In this document: positions 26,616 through 39,712 of the stretch, in pieces
Position numbering within the stretch: the first letter of the stretch is position 1
Layout of the letters: each line of letters opens with the position of its first letter
Assembly (NCBI GenBank): GCA_046484865.1
Contig: JAWOID010000018.1
Location: 1 to 64,000 of the forward strand
Source: Candidatus Krumholzibacteriia bacterium
GTDB lineage: Bacteria; Krumholzibacteriota; Krumholzibacteriia; LZORAL124-64-63
Direction of reading: 5' to 3'
DNA: 64,000 nucleotides
Notes under the pieces: model-generated
The model's database searches: none
What the model saw: only the letters and a program-made list of their open reading frames with translations
What the model was told of the DNA's origin: nothing
Made by a program: the position numbers and the translations under genes

Positions 26616-28349
26616 TCACGTCTCCACGACGGCGCCGCCGGTCCGCAACAGCTGACGTGCATAGGTCTCCTGCGCATCGCGGTCGCGGTCGGCGTAGCCC
26701 TCGCCGCCCAGCAGCCGCGCCACTTCAGCCACTCGCTCCTCCGGCGCCAGGACGCGCAGGCGCAGCGCCGTGCGGCCGCCGCCGACGACCTTCTCCACCC
26801 GCAGGTGCCGCCGTCCGTGAACGGCCATCGTCGGCAGGTGAGTGATGCAGACCACCTGGTTCCGCCGGGCGATGCGCTGGAGCAGCCGCGCCACGGGGGG
26901 CGCGGTGTCCATGCCCAGACCGGCGTCGATCTCGTCCAGCAGCAGCAGGCGACCGGCCGCCGGCTCCTGCGCCAGCGCGGTCAGGCCCAGATGGATGCGC
27001 GACCGCTCCCCTCCCGACGCGATCCGCGCGGCCTCACCGGCCTCCTCACCCGGATTCGTGCGCACGAGCAGCCGGATCCGGTCGGCGCCGTGTGCCGCCA
27101 CGGCGCAGGGTCGCCCCTCCACCTCGATCGCACCATCGTCGGCCGTGGCCGGCTCCACGGCGAAGACCACCTCCAGGTCGGGCAAGGCGAGCGCGCGCAC
27201 GACGCTTTCCACGCGCTCGGCCGCCATCGCGGCGCCGCGGGTGCGAGCCTCGTGCAGTCGCACCGCTGCGTCCTGCAGCCGTCCCCGCGCCGCCGCCAGA
27301 TCGCTCTCCAGACGCCGCAGGTCCCCCTGGACCCGGGCCTGCTTCTGCAGGCGTTCCGTCAGGCGGTCTCGCAACTCGAGCAGGGCGCTCACGTCGCGCC
27401 CGTACTTCCGCCGCAGGTCGTGATAGAGTTCCTGGCGCGCCTCCAGCTCGTCGAGACCTCGCGGATCCGTGTCCAGACCCTCGAGGAACCGCTGCAGATC
27501 GAGCGACGCGGTCTGCAGGATGTCCGCCGCCCCCTCGACCTGCTCCGCGATCTCGGCCATGCGACCGCTCTGGCGCGACAGCGGGGCGAGGGCGGTCTGG
27601 ACGGCGCCCAGCCGCTCGCGGGCATTCCATTCGCCTTCGCTGAGCGCGTCGAGGGCCGCCGCTGCGCCCTCCTGCAACGTGGCGGCATGACGCGCCACCA
27701 GCAGGCGCTCGGCCAGCTCCGCCTCCTCCTCCGGGTCCAGCCGCGCGCCATCCAGCTCGCGATGCTGGTACTCCCAGAGGTCCTGCTGCTCGCGGGCCAG
27801 CCGCTCCTCGTCGCGCCGTTCGGCGAGTTCCTCCGCCAGTGCGCGATGCTCCCGGCGCGCGGCCGCGACCTCCGCCAGCAGGCTGTCGTGCCCGAGCTGG
27901 CCGTCGAGGTACCGTCGCGCAAAATCCGGATCCGACAGCTCCCGCTGCTGATCCTGACTCTGGACCGCCACGAGATGGGGGCCGATCTCCTCGAGGACGG
28001 CCAGCGACGAGATGCGGCCGTTGACGAGGACCCGGCTGCGCCCCTCGCGCCGGACTTCACGGCGCAGGACGAGGATGCCGTCGGCACCGGGCAGGACGCC
28101 GTGGCGGGCCAGCGCAGCGGCGAGCGTCGACTCGAGGTCCACCTCGAAGACGCCCTCCACGACCGCTTCCTCGCGGCCGCGCCGCACCAGGTCCTTCGGG
28201 GCGCGGCCGCCGGCCAGGAGGCTCAGGGCGCCGGCCACCATCGACTTCCCCGCTCCCGTCTCGCCGGTGAGCACGGTGAGCCCCGGGCCCAGCGGCACGG
28301 TCACGTCCTCCGCGAGCGCGAAGTCGGTGATCCGCAGTTCCAGCAGCAT
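26616..28349 (-). CDS. recN: DNA repair protein RecN
   Basis: GLTVLTGETGAGKS, IASGGERSR, LLDEIDAG, QVVCITHLP. Confidence 0.95.
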   Translation of the reverse strand: MLLELRITDFALAEDVTVPLGPGLTVLTGETGAGKSMVAGALSLLAGGRAPKDLVRRGREEAVVEGVFEVDLESTLAAALARHGVLPGADGILVLRREVRREGRSRVLVNGRISSLAVLEEIGPHLVAVQSQDQQRELSDPDFARRYLDGQLGHDSLLAEVAAARREHRALAEELAERRDEERLAREQQDLWEYQHRELDGARLDPEEEAELAERLLVARHAATLQEGAAAALDALSEGEWNARERLGAVQTALAPLSRQSGRMAEIAEQVEGAADILQTASLDLQRFLEGLDTDPRGLDELEARQELYHDLRRKYGRDVSALLELRDRLTERLQKQARVQGDLRRLESDLAAARGRLQDAAVRLHEARTRGAAMAAERVESVVRALALPDLEVVFAVEPATADDGAIEVEGRPCAVAAHGADRIRLLVRTNPGEEAGEAARIASGGERSRIHLGLTALAQEPAAGRLLLLDEIDAGLGMDTAPPVARLLQRIARRNQVVCITHLPTMAVHGRRHLRVEKVVGGGRTALRLRVLAPEERVAEVARLLGGEGYADRDRDAQETYARQLLRTGGAVVET

Positions 28350-29233
28350 CAGGTTTCTCTCCCGAACTGCCGTCCGGTCGTTCCCCAGCCGAGCTTGTGG
28401 TGCATGACGCGGTAGGCGTTGCTCCAGGGAAACTTGACGAGCTGCACCTCCGGTGCCGAGCTGCGCACCAGCAGGCGGTCGCCGCTCTGCAGCCGGGTGG
28501 CCGTCTGGCCGTCCGCGGTGAGCGTGGCGCCTTCGCCTGCATTGTGAAGGACCAGCTCTATCTTCATGTCGCCGGATACGATGAGCGGTCTCATGCCCAG
28601 CGTGTGCGGACAGATCGGGGTGAGCAGGAGGCAGCTGAGGTCGGGCTGACAGATGGGGCCCCCGGCCGAGAGGTTGTAGGCCGTCGATCCGGTCGGGGTG
28701 CTGAAGATCATCCCGTCGCCGAGCACCCGCCCCAGGGGCACGCCGTCGAGCACCAGCTCGAGATGCAGGGCGCGGGGCAGCGGACCCATGTTCACGACGA
28801 GGTCGTTCAGCCCGGACGTATGCGCCACGCTCTCGGCGGCGCGGATCACGTCGCCGTACACCCGCGACCGGGCGTCCAGGTGCGCCTCGCCGGCCAGCAG
28901 GCGCTGCAGCGCGGGCTCCAGTTCGTCGAGCGGAACGTCGGTCAGGTAGCCCAGCGAGCCGAGGTTGATGCCGAGCAGCGGCACGCCGCTGGTGCCGATG
29001 AGTCGCGCCGCCCGCAGCATCGTGCCGTCGCCGCCCAGGGCCGCGATGATGTCGGAGCGTGCGACGAGTTCCTCCTCGCCGAGTCCGGCGCCACCGCCGA
29101 CGGCCGCCGCCAGCGACTCGGTCAGGAGTACGTCCACCCCCATGCCGCCGCACAGGTCGCGGACGGCAGCGACCGCCGCACCCAGTTCCGCCTTGTGGGG
29201 GTTTCCGAAGAGGCCCAGCGCTGAGATCCGCAT
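28349..29233 (-). CDS. nadK: NAD(+) kinase
   Basis: LGGDGTML, GINLGSLGYL, GDGMIFSTPTGSTAYNLSAGGP. Confidence 0.96.
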   Translation of the reverse strand: MRISALGLFGNPHKAELGAAVAAVRDLCGGMGVDVLLTESLAAAVGGGAGLGEEELVARSDIIAALGGDGTMLRAARLIGTSGVPLLGINLGSLGYLTDVPLDELEPALQRLLAGEAHLDARSRVYGDVIRAAESVAHTSGLNDLVVNMGPLPRALHLELVLDGVPLGRVLGDGMIFSTPTGSTAYNLSAGGPICQPDLSCLLLTPICPHTLGMRPLIVSGDMKIELVLHNAGEGATLTADGQTATRLQSGDRLLVRSSAPEVQLVKFPWSNAYRVMHHKLGWGTTGRQFGRET

Positions 29234-29250
29234 GGCCGACCCTCTCCGGC

Positions 29251-31158
29251 TCAGGAGGCCGTCTGGGCGCTGCTCTTGCCGCCGTGGTGCTCGAGTTCCG
29301 CCAGGGCGTGTGCCGCCACCGTCTCGCCGGTGAGCCCGGTCTCCTCCAGCAGTTCCTGCCGCGTGGCATGCTCCTGGAACGTGTCCGGAATGCCGAGGCA
29401 GACCACCCGCGGCGACACCGCCGCGTTCTCGGCGAACCATTCCAGCACCGCGCTGCCGAAGCCGCCGCGAACCGAGTTCTCCTCGACGGTGATCACGAGC
29501 CGGTGCCGCTCCGCGGCCGCTGCCAGCAGCTCGTCGTCCAGCGGCTTGACGAAGCGCATGTCCACGACCTCGGCCGAGATGCCGCGGCGGGCCAGCCGCT
29601 CGGCAGCGTCCTCGGCGACCGCGACCATCGATCCGATCGCCAGCAGGCAGACGTCCTCGCCCGCCCGCAGCAGCTCTGCGCGGCCGATGGGCAGCGGGGT
29701 GGCCGGTCCGTCCATCACCACGCCGCGGCCGGATCCGCGCGGGTAGCGCACGGCCGTCGGGCCGTCCTCCCGGGCCAGGGCCGTCGCCAGCATGTGGCGA
29801 AGCTGGTCCTCGTCCCGGGGTGCCATCACGACCAGACCGGGGATCATGCGCAGGTAGGTGAGGTCGAAGACGCCGTGATGGGTGGGACCGTCCTCGCCGA
29901 CCAGACCGGCGCGGTCGACCGCGAACACCACCGGCAGTTCTTGCAGGGCCACGTCGTGGATGATCTGATCGACGGCCCGCTGGAGGAAGGTCGAGTAGAT
30001 GGCCACCACCGGCCGCTGGCCGCAGCAGGCGAGCCCGGCGGCGAAGGTCACCGCGTGCTGCTCGGCGATGCCCACGTCGTGAAAGCGGTCGGGGTGCGCC
30101 TCGCGCAACTTGCTCAGCCCGGTGCCCGTGGGCATGGCGGCGGTGATCCCCTGGACGCGCGGATCGCGGTCGGCGAGTTCCACCATCGTCGAGGCGAACA
30201 CCGAGGTGTAGGATGGCACCACCGGCGGCACGATCTTGATGCCCTCGGCCTTGTCGAACTTGCCGACGCCGTGGTACTTCTGTCCGTCCTGCTCGGCGAA
30301 GGCGTAGCCCTTCCCCTTCTCGGTGATGGCGTGGATGATGATCGGGCCGCGCAGCTTGCGCACCGCCTGCAGGGTCTTGACGACGATGTCCAGATCATGG
30401 CCGTCGATCGGCCCGTAGTAGCGGAAGCCCAGCTCCTCGAAGAGGATGGTGGGCACCACCAGGTTCTTCAGCCCCTCCTTGATGCGGCTGGCCAGCGACT
30501 GGGCCTTGCTGCCGTGGGGGATCTTGCCCAGCAGATCCCAGATATCGGATTCGAACCGGTTGTAGAGCTGGCCGGACGTGATGCGGGTGAGGTACTTCGC
30601 CAGCGCGCCGACGTTCGGCGAGATGCTCATCTTGTTGTCGTTGAGGATGACCACCAGGTCGGTCTGCGCCTGGCCGGCGTTGTTGAGTCCCTCGAAGGCG
30701 ATGCCGCCGGTCAGGGCGCCGTCGCCGACCACCGCGATGACCGCGTGGTCCTCGCCGGCCGCGTCGCGGGCGCGGGCGAAGCCGAGCGCCGCGCTGATGG
30801 CGGTGCTGGCGTGGCCCACTCCGAACATGTCGTGGGGGCTCTCCGAGCGCCGGGGGAATCCGCTCACGCCCCCCTTGCGGCGCAGCGTGGCGAAGTCGCG
30901 GTGCCGGCCGGTGAGCAGCTTGTGCACGTAGGCCTGGTGCCCCACGTCCCAGAGGATCCGGTCGCGCGGGGAGTCGAAGACCCGGTGCAGCGCGACCGTG
31001 AGTTCCACGACGCCGAGACTGGCGCCGAGATGGCCACCGTTCCGCGAGACCGTGCCGACGATCTCCTCGCGCAGCTCGGCGCAGAGGCGCGGCAGGTCCC
31101 CCGGGGGCAGCGCCTTGACGTCCCCGGGGCCGCTGATGCGGGGCAGGATCGGATGCAT
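29251..31158 (-). CDS. dxs: 1-deoxy-D-xylulose-5-phosphate synthase
   Basis: GGHLGASLGVVELT, WDVGHQAYVHK, GDGALTGG, DVGIAEQHA, GEDGPTHHG. Confidence 0.97.
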   Translation of the reverse strand: MHPILPRISGPGDVKALPPGDLPRLCAELREEIVGTVSRNGGHLGASLGVVELTVALHRVFDSPRDRILWDVGHQAYVHKLLTGRHRDFATLRRKGGVSGFPRRSESPHDMFGVGHASTAISAALGFARARDAAGEDHAVIAVVGDGALTGGIAFEGLNNAGQAQTDLVVILNDNKMSISPNVGALAKYLTRITSGQLYNRFESDIWDLLGKIPHGSKAQSLASRIKEGLKNLVVPTILFEELGFRYYGPIDGHDLDIVVKTLQAVRKLRGPIIIHAITEKGKGYAFAEQDGQKYHGVGKFDKAEGIKIVPPVVPSYTSVFASTMVELADRDPRVQGITAAMPTGTGLSKLREAHPDRFHDVGIAEQHAVTFAAGLACCGQRPVVAIYSTFLQRAVDQIIHDVALQELPVVFAVDRAGLVGEDGPTHHGVFDLTYLRMIPGLVVMAPRDEDQLRHMLATALAREDGPTAVRYPRGSGRGVVMDGPATPLPIGRAELLRAGEDVCLLAIGSMVAVAEDAAERLARRGISAEVVDMRFVKPLDDELLAAAAERHRLVITVEENSVRGGFGSAVLEWFAENAAVSPRVVCLGIPDTFQEHATRQELLEETGLTGETVAAHALAELEHHGGKSSAQTAS

Positions 31159-31227
31159 GTTCACCCTCCTGGGACGGGCCGTCACCGGTCTGTCCCGCCA
31201 ACCTTCACTGACTCGTCCTCGAAAACC

Positions 31228-31692
31228 CTAACCCCCGCCGATGCCGAGCGCCAGCGCGAACAGTGCTCCGAAGACCACCCCCACCACCACGTGACCGAGA
31301 TGATGGGCCCGAGGATCCAGGTATCCGAGCACGCGCTGCTGGAAGCGCTCGTCGCCGGGAAGGTTCGAGACCAGCCGATGGACGGCGCGGCGCTGCTCCT
31401 CCGCGACGCCGCGCAGTCGCATGCCGTCGTGCACGACGATGGTGGTGAACACCACGGCCGCCGCCGTCGTCGAGGCGCTCCAGCCGTCCCGCAGTCCGAG
31501 CAGCACCGCCAGGCACGTGAGCGCCGCCGCCGGCAGGCTCGGCAGGCCGGTGCTGCGGGTCAGGAGCGTGAGTTGCAGCCGCCGCTCCGCGGCCGAGTAG
31601 GCCACGACCTTGACCACCTGCACCGCGAACCCGCACGCCACCACGAGCAACCAGATGGGCCAGGAATGGGTCGCCAGCGCGGCTGCAACCAC
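31228..31692 (-). CDS. Divergent PAP2 family (DUF212-like) membrane protein
   Basis: AVQVVKV..STGLPS..IVVHDGMRLRG..HHLGHVVVGVVFG; lies between ispA and dxs. Confidence 0.7.
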   Translation of the reverse strand: MVAAALATHSWPIWLLVVACGFAVQVVKVVAYSAAERRLQLTLLTRSTGLPSLPAAALTCLAVLLGLRDGWSASTTAAAVVFTTIVVHDGMRLRGVAEEQRRAVHRLVSNLPGDERFQQRVLGYLDPRAHHLGHVVVGVVFGALFALALGIGGG

Positions 31693-31693
31693 C

Positions 31694-32602
31694 TCAGCTC
31701 TCCCGCTGCCACATCAGGTCCGCGAGTCCGACCAGGCGCTCGCGCGCCGGGCCGGCCGGTAGCGACTCCTCCAGGCCGGTGCGTCCGCGCTCGCCGTATC
31801 GATGGGTCCGCCGGCGAGCCCTGGCCAGTCCTTCCACGCGGACGAAGGTCGCCTTGCCGGCGGCTGCATCCTTGCCCGGACTCTTGCCCAGCTGCTCGGC
31901 GGTCGCGGTGGTGTCCAGCAGGTCGTCGGCGCCCTGGAACGCGAGCCCCAGCCACTCGCCCGCTTCGGCCAGACGCTCGCGCAGCGCGCGATCGGCCCCG
32001 CCCAGGTGCGCGCCGCCGGCGAGGGCGGCCGACAGCAGCGCCGCGGTCTTGCGCCGGTGGATGCGCTTCACGCGGGCGGCGCTGACCGTCTCGTGCTCGG
32101 CATCGAGATCGTCCTGCTGGCCCCCCACCATCCCGGCCGGGCCCGCCGCGTCTGCCAGCAGCGCGACGAGATCACCCCCGACCGGACCGAGACGTCCGAG
32201 CACCCCGAACGCCAGCGCCTGCAGGCCATCCCCGGCGAGGATGGCGGTGGCCTCGTCGAACGCCACGTGACAGGTGGGCCGCCCGCGGCGCAGGACGTCG
32301 TCGTCCATCGCCGGCAGGTCGTCGTGGATGAGGGAGTAGGTGTGGATCAGCTCGAGCGCCGCGCCCGCCCGGGCGGCGGCCTCGCGATCTCCCCGGGGGC
32401 GGCGATGCTCCTGCACCACCGCGTCATAGGTCCAGAGCAGCAGCACCGGACGCAGGCGCTTGCCGCCGCCCAGGAGACTGTGAGCCATGGCCTGCCGGAG
32501 GCGCCGCGGTACGCCGGCTTGCTCCGCCAGGAGGCGCCGCAGCAGCTGGTCCATGCCCCGCTTCTCGCGGGCGAGGGCAGCCCGGACCTCGTCAGGCCCC
32601 AT
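31694..32602 (-). CDS. ispA: Polyprenyl (farnesyl) diphosphate synthase
   Basis: GGKRLRP, HTYSLIHDDLPAMDDDVLRRGRPTCH, AFQGADDLLD, GKSPGKD. Confidence 0.93.
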   Translation of the reverse strand: MGPDEVRAALAREKRGMDQLLRRLLAEQAGVPRRLRQAMAHSLLGGGKRLRPVLLLWTYDAVVQEHRRPRGDREAAARAGAALELIHTYSLIHDDLPAMDDDVLRRGRPTCHVAFDEATAILAGDGLQALAFGVLGRLGPVGGDLVALLADAAGPAGMVGGQQDDLDAEHETVSAARVKRIHRRKTAALLSAALAGGAHLGGADRALRERLAEAGEWLGLAFQGADDLLDTTATAEQLGKSPGKDAAAGKATFVRVEGLARARRRTHRYGERGRTGLEESLPAGPARERLVGLADLMWQRES

Positions 32603-33476
32603 CCAGCCCCTCCGTGTCCGCCATCGCCTCGAAGGTGTTCTCCAGCAGCATGGCGATGGTCATCGGGCCGACGCCGCCCGGCACGGGAGTCAGAGCCGCG
32701 ACCCGACCCTCCAGGGCCGCCGCGTCCACGTCGCCGACCAGCCGGGTTCCGCGCCGCGCCGCAGGGTCGTCGATGCGGTTGATGCCGACGTCCACGACCA
32801 CGGCGCCTTCGCGCACGTGCTCGGCGCCGATCGCGAGCGGCGCGCCCATGGCGGCCACCACGATGTCGGCCCGACTCGTGACCGCCGCCAGGTCACGGGT
32901 GCCCGAGTGGCAGAGCGTCACCGTGGCGTTCGCGTCCGGACGCTTCAGCGTCAGCAGCAACGCGAGCGGACGCCCGACGATCACGCTGCGTCCGACCACC
33001 GCCACCTCGCGCCCGGCCACCGGCACATCGTGGTGGCGGAGCAGGCGCACGATGCCCTTGGGGGTGCAGGGGATGAAGCGCGGCCGGCCGGCGGCCAGGC
33101 GGCCGAGGTTCTCCGGGTGGAATCCGTCCACGTCCTTGCGCGGGTCCACCGCGTTCAGGACCAGCTCCTGGTCGATGTGAGCCGGCAGCGGCAGCTGCAC
33201 CAGGATGCCGTCGATGGCATGGTCGGCGACGAGGTCGGCCACCAGGGCGAGCACGTCGTTTTCGGACGTGTCCGCCGGCAACCGGTGGGTGACATGGTGG
33301 AATCCCACCGCCTCGCAACCCTTCTCCTTGTGCCGCACGTAGACGTGCGAGGCGGGATCGTCCCCTACCAGGACCACGGCGAGGCCGGGTGCCCGCGGAG
33401 CGCGGAGCATCCTCTCCCGCAGCTCGGCGAACACGGCGTCGCGGACCTCGTCCCCCCGCAGCAAACGCGTCTCCAA
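32592..33476 (-). CDS. folD: Bifunctional methylenetetrahydrofolate dehydrogenase/cyclohydrolase
   Basis: PASHVYV, GILVQLPLP, KDVDGFHP, PCTPKG, GRSVIVGRP, PVPGGVGPMT; TTG start after GGGAGG. Confidence 0.96.
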   Translation of the reverse strand: METRLLRGDEVRDAVFAELRERMLRAPRAPGLAVVLVGDDPASHVYVRHKEKGCEAVGFHHVTHRLPADTSENDVLALVADLVADHAIDGILVQLPLPAHIDQELVLNAVDPRKDVDGFHPENLGRLAAGRPRFIPCTPKGIVRLLRHHDVPVAGREVAVVGRSVIVGRPLALLLTLKRPDANATVTLCHSGTRDLAAVTSRADIVVAAMGAPLAIGAEHVREGAVVVDVGINRIDDPAARRGTRLVGDVDAAALEGRVAALTPVPGGVGPMTIAMLLENTFEAMADTEGLDGA

Positions 33477-33524
33477 ACCGTGCCTCCCTTGGCCGGGCCA
33501 CGCACCGGCGGCCACGCCGCCGCG

Positions 33525-35084
33525 TCAGCGCGCGATGGCGGTGGCGCGCGTCTCGCGGATCACCATGACCTTGATCTGTCCCGGATACTCCAGCTCGCCC
33601 TCCACGCGCCGGCTGATCTCGTCGGCGAGCAGGGCCGCTTCCGCGTCCGACACCTTCTCCGCGTTGACGAGGATGCGGATCTCCCGGCCGGCCTGGATGG
33701 CGTACGACTTGTCGACGCCGTCGAAGCTCTGAGCGATGCGCTCGAGGCTCTCCAGCCGCTTCACGTAGTTCTCCAGACTCTCGCGCCGGGCGCCGGGACG
33801 GCTGGCGCTCGCCGCGTCGGCGGCGGCCGTGATGAACGTGTAGGGGGAGATCGGCTCCACGTCGCCGTGGTGTCCGCCCACGGCGTTGATCACGATGTCG
33901 GACTCGCCCAGCTTCCGGCAGATGCGCGCGCCGACCAGCGCGTGCGGCCCCTCTTGCTCGTGGTCGGCCGCCTTGCCCACGTCGTGCAGGAAACCGCAGC
34001 GCCGGGCCAGCTTGCCGTCCAGACCCAGTTCGTCGGCGATGATACCGCCGAGCGCGGCCACTTCCTTGCTGTGCATCAGCACGTTCTGGCCGTAGCTGGA
34101 ACGGTAGTGGAGGCGCCCGATGTGATCGTGCAGGCCCGGGTTCAGGTGCTGCAGGCCCAGCTCCACGCAGGCCGCCTCGCCCAGTTCCCGGATCCGCTCG
34201 TCCACCTCCTGCCGGGTCTTCTCCACCACTTCCTCGATGCGTCCGGGATGGATGCGGCCGTCCTTGATCAGGCGCCGCAGGGCCATCGTGGCCACCTCGC
34301 GACGGATCGGGTCGAAGCCGGAGATGATCACCGCTTCCGGGGTGTCGTCGATGATCACGTCCATGCCCGTGGCGATCTCGAACGCGCGGATGTTACGCCC
34401 CTCGCGGCCGATGATCCGCCCCTTCATCTCGTCGCCGGGCAGAACCACCACCGCGACCGTCTCCTCCGCCACGTGATCGGCGGCATAGCGCTGGACCGCC
34501 TGGCTGAGGATCTTCTGCGCCGTGCGGCGGGCGCTGCGATCGGTCTCGTCCTGGATCTCCTTGATGCGGACGGCGGCGGAATGGCGCGCCTGATCGACCA
34601 TCGCGTCCATGAGTTGCCGGCGGGCATCGTCGGCGGTGAGGCCGGCGATCTCCTCGAGCCGGCGGCGCTGCTCCTCGGAGGCGCCGCGCAGCCGTTGCTG
34701 CTGCGCGTCCAGTTCCGCGGCCCGGGCCTTGAGCTGCTCGTCCAGGCGGCCCAGCCGGGCCTCCTTCTCGTCCAGCAGGGACGCCTTGCGGTGCAGGCCG
34801 GTCTCGCGTTGCTCGAGGGTGTCCAGCCGGCGCGAATGCTCCCGGCGCAACCCGTCGCCCTCCTCCTCGAGTCGCTGCCGCCGCTGCAGCAGTTCCTCCC
34901 GCGCCTCCAGCTCCGCGTTCTTGCGCAGTTCCGCCGCCTCGCGGCGGCCCTGGGCCAGGATCTCGTCGGCACGCATCCTGGCGCCCGTGCGTGCCCGGCG
35001 CTCCAGCCTGCGCTGGAGGAGAATTCCCAGCACCAACCCGGCGGCCATCGCGATGACGGCCACGAGACCCGGTACCTGCGGCAT
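33525..35084 (-). CDS. rny: Ribonuclease Y
   Basis: N-terminal TM, coiled coil, KH MKGRIIGREGRNIR, HD LHDVGK, SASRPGAR. Confidence 0.97.
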   Translation of the reverse strand: MPQVPGLVAVIAMAAGLVLGILLQRRLERRARTGARMRADEILAQGRREAAELRKNAELEAREELLQRRQRLEEEGDGLRREHSRRLDTLEQRETGLHRKASLLDEKEARLGRLDEQLKARAAELDAQQQRLRGASEEQRRRLEEIAGLTADDARRQLMDAMVDQARHSAAVRIKEIQDETDRSARRTAQKILSQAVQRYAADHVAEETVAVVVLPGDEMKGRIIGREGRNIRAFEIATGMDVIIDDTPEAVIISGFDPIRREVATMALRRLIKDGRIHPGRIEEVVEKTRQEVDERIRELGEAACVELGLQHLNPGLHDHIGRLHYRSSYGQNVLMHSKEVAALGGIIADELGLDGKLARRCGFLHDVGKAADHEQEGPHALVGARICRKLGESDIVINAVGGHHGDVEPISPYTFITAAADAASASRPGARRESLENYVKRLESLERIAQSFDGVDKSYAIQAGREIRILVNAEKVSDAEAALLADEISRRVEGELEYPGQIKVMVIRETRATAIAR

Positions 35085-35150
35085 CCTGGGCTCCTTCCAT
35101 TCCGGTGTATGGACAGCGGAGGGCGCTGAAGCAGGAACGGCGGGGGTATG

Positions 35151-35326
35151 GATTCCCCGCCGGACCGTGTGCGTCGGAAGCAACTGAACCGAGTTGCTTC
35201 AGGTGGGTCCCCTGTTCCTCGCTTCGACCTTCCCTCGCGGGCGTGGCCTCGGCTGGGAAACGTCGAGAACCCAGTGTTGGCGTGTTGGCTCACTTGTTCG
35301 ACACATCACGCGTCAGGCAGGGAATC
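35151..35326 (-). ncRNA. ssrS: 6S RNA
   Basis: Between zapA and rny; end pairing GATTCCCTGCC/GGCGGGGAATC; TGAGCC...GGTTCA and TGGG/CCCACC flank a central bubble. Confidence 0.85.
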
Positions 35327-35642
35327 ACACCGTCCTCTCCTGGGGGCCGGACGACCCGCCGACTTCCCGATCGAGCAGGCGGGCCATCTCTCCCGTCTTC
35401 TCGTCGAGCATGGCGAGGGCCTCGTGGCGCTTCTGGCGCTCCCGGAACAGCTCGTCGGCGACGTTGATGGCCGCGAGGATGGCGACCTTCGTCGTCGACA
35501 TCGCCGACGAACTGTCCGCCACCTCCTGCATCTTCCGATCCACGAAGCCAGCCACCTTCTCCACGTACTCGGGGTCGGCATCGCCCCGGAGCGTGTACTG
35601 GTGACCGAAGATGGTCACGGTGACGGTCGTGGGTTCGATCAT
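35325..35642 (-). CDS. zapA: Cell division protein ZapA
   Basis: VTIFGHQYTL..YVEKVAGFVDRKM..KVAILAAINVADE. Confidence 0.92.
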   Translation of the reverse strand: MIEPTTVTVTIFGHQYTLRGDADPEYVEKVAGFVDRKMQEVADSSSAMSTTKVAILAAINVADELFRERQKRHEALAMLDEKTGEMARLLDREVGGSSGPQERTV

Positions 35643-35721
35643 CTTGCCTTCACCGCCGCATCCGCTGGCTGCCCGCCGGGGGCATGACCTGCGGCAACCG
35701 GAGGAGTCGGCGGATGTCCGC

Positions 35722-35991
35722 CTAGCCGAGGGCCTCGAGCTTCTCCAGCAGGCCCCCCACCTTCTCCTCGATGATCCTGCTCTTCTCAGCGTACTGCCCG
35801 GCCTGCGCCGCAGCGCTGCGGGCCTCCGCCAGCTCCTCCTGGAGCCGCCGGTTGGCCTGCTCCAGCTCGTCGCAACGGGCCTGGAGCTTCTCCTCGCCCT
35901 GCTTCAGCCGGCTGTTCTCCGCCCGCAGTCCCTTGATCAGGTCGACGGCCTCGACGACCTTCTTTTCCAGGTGAGCGAAACTGGTCTCCAT
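35722..35991 (-). CDS. ZapB-like coiled-coil protein
   Basis: All-coiled-coil 89 aa (LEKKVVEAVDLIKGLRAEN...KVGGLLEKLE) between pheT and zapA. Confidence 0.7.
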   Translation of the reverse strand: METSFAHLEKKVVEAVDLIKGLRAENSRLKQGEEKLQARCDELEQANRRLQEELAEARSAAAQAGQYAEKSRIIEEKVGGLLEKLEALG

Positions 35992-36079
35992 TCCCGTCGC
36001 TCCTTCTCGCGCCCCTCTCCGAGCGGGCGCCGGCGGCGCCGCTGCCGCGCAGGTGTCTCGCTGGGACCGGTTCCGCGGG

Positions 36080-38532
<2,453 letters not shown>

Positions 38533-38536
<4 letters not shown>

Positions 38537-39573
38537 GGCATACCTCGGAATTGGTGGAGAAAGCGCAGGTCGTTCTCGTAGAGCAGCCGGATGTCATCGA
38601 TCCCGTACCGCAGCATGGCGATGCGATCGATGCCCATGCCGAAGGCGAAGCCCGTGTACGCGTCGGCGGGGTAGCCGGCGTGGCGGAACACCTCCGGGTG
38701 TACCATGCCGGCGCCCATGATCTCGAGCCAGCCAGTCTGGCCGCACACTCCGCAGCCGGCACCGCGACAGAGGAAGCACTGCATGTCCACCTCCGCCGAC
38801 GGCTCGGTGAAGGGGAAGTAGTGGGGTCTGAACCGCGTGGGGCGCCCCGGCCCGAAGAACGCCGACACGAACGCCTCGACCGCGTCGCGCAGGTCGGCCA
38901 TGGTGACGTTCCGGTCGACGCTCAACCCCTCGATCTGGAAGAACTCCGCCGAGTGAGAGGCGTCGACGGCCTCGTTGCGGTAGACCCGGCCGGGGAAGAC
39001 GTACGACAGCGGCGGCTGGACCCGCTCCATCAGCCGCACCTGCACCGGCGAGGTCTGCGTGCGCAGCAGCAACTGGTCGTCCACGTAGAACGTGTCCTGG
39101 ATGTCGCGCGCCGGGTGGTCGTCGGGGAAGTTCAGCGCGGCGAAGTTGTAATAGTCGAGCTCCACGTCCGGGCCGTCGTCACGGTCGAAGCCCATCCCGT
39201 AGAAGATCTCGCAGATCTCCTCCACCACCGCCACCAGCGGGTGCGCCACGCCGAGGGGCGCCGGCGGTTGCCCCGGCAGCGTGAGATCGAGGGACCGCTG
39301 CGAGGACGGCCCGGTCGCACTCAGGCCCGCCTGACGCTGCTCGAGCCGCTCGGTCAGCGTCCTCTTCGTCTCGTTGAGGGCGGCGCCGAGGGCGGGCCGG
39401 TCGGAATCCGGGACGTCCTTCAGCGCACGCAGCAGTGACGTGATCCGCCCCTTGCGGCCCAGCAGCTCGACCCGCACCTCCTCCAGGGCGCGGACGTCGG
39501 CGGCCGCGTCGATGCGCGCGAAACCCTCCCTCTGCAGTCGCTCGATCGTCTCCCGGGACATGACATCCGTCAT
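38533..39573 (-). CDS. pheS: Phenylalanine--tRNA ligase alpha subunit
   Basis: HPARDIQDTFY, LRTQTSPVQ, FRPHYFPFTEPS, GFAFGMGIDRIAM. Confidence 0.97.
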
Positions 39574-39712
39574 CTCGCGTCTCCTGTGGAAGTCGGCGGG
39601 GGTGCGGCGACGAGCGGCCACTGGCACCATCGCCAAAGGCAACGGGCGGCCCCAGTGGCCGCCCGCTCCCGACATGGACGTGGTCCGGCGCCGCGGACGG
39701 CTCGCGCGTCCG

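Noticed and set aside
29059..35129. 1008-aa and 880-aa plus-strand ORFs
   Set aside because: Antisense to dxs, ispA, folD and rny; no independent motifs.
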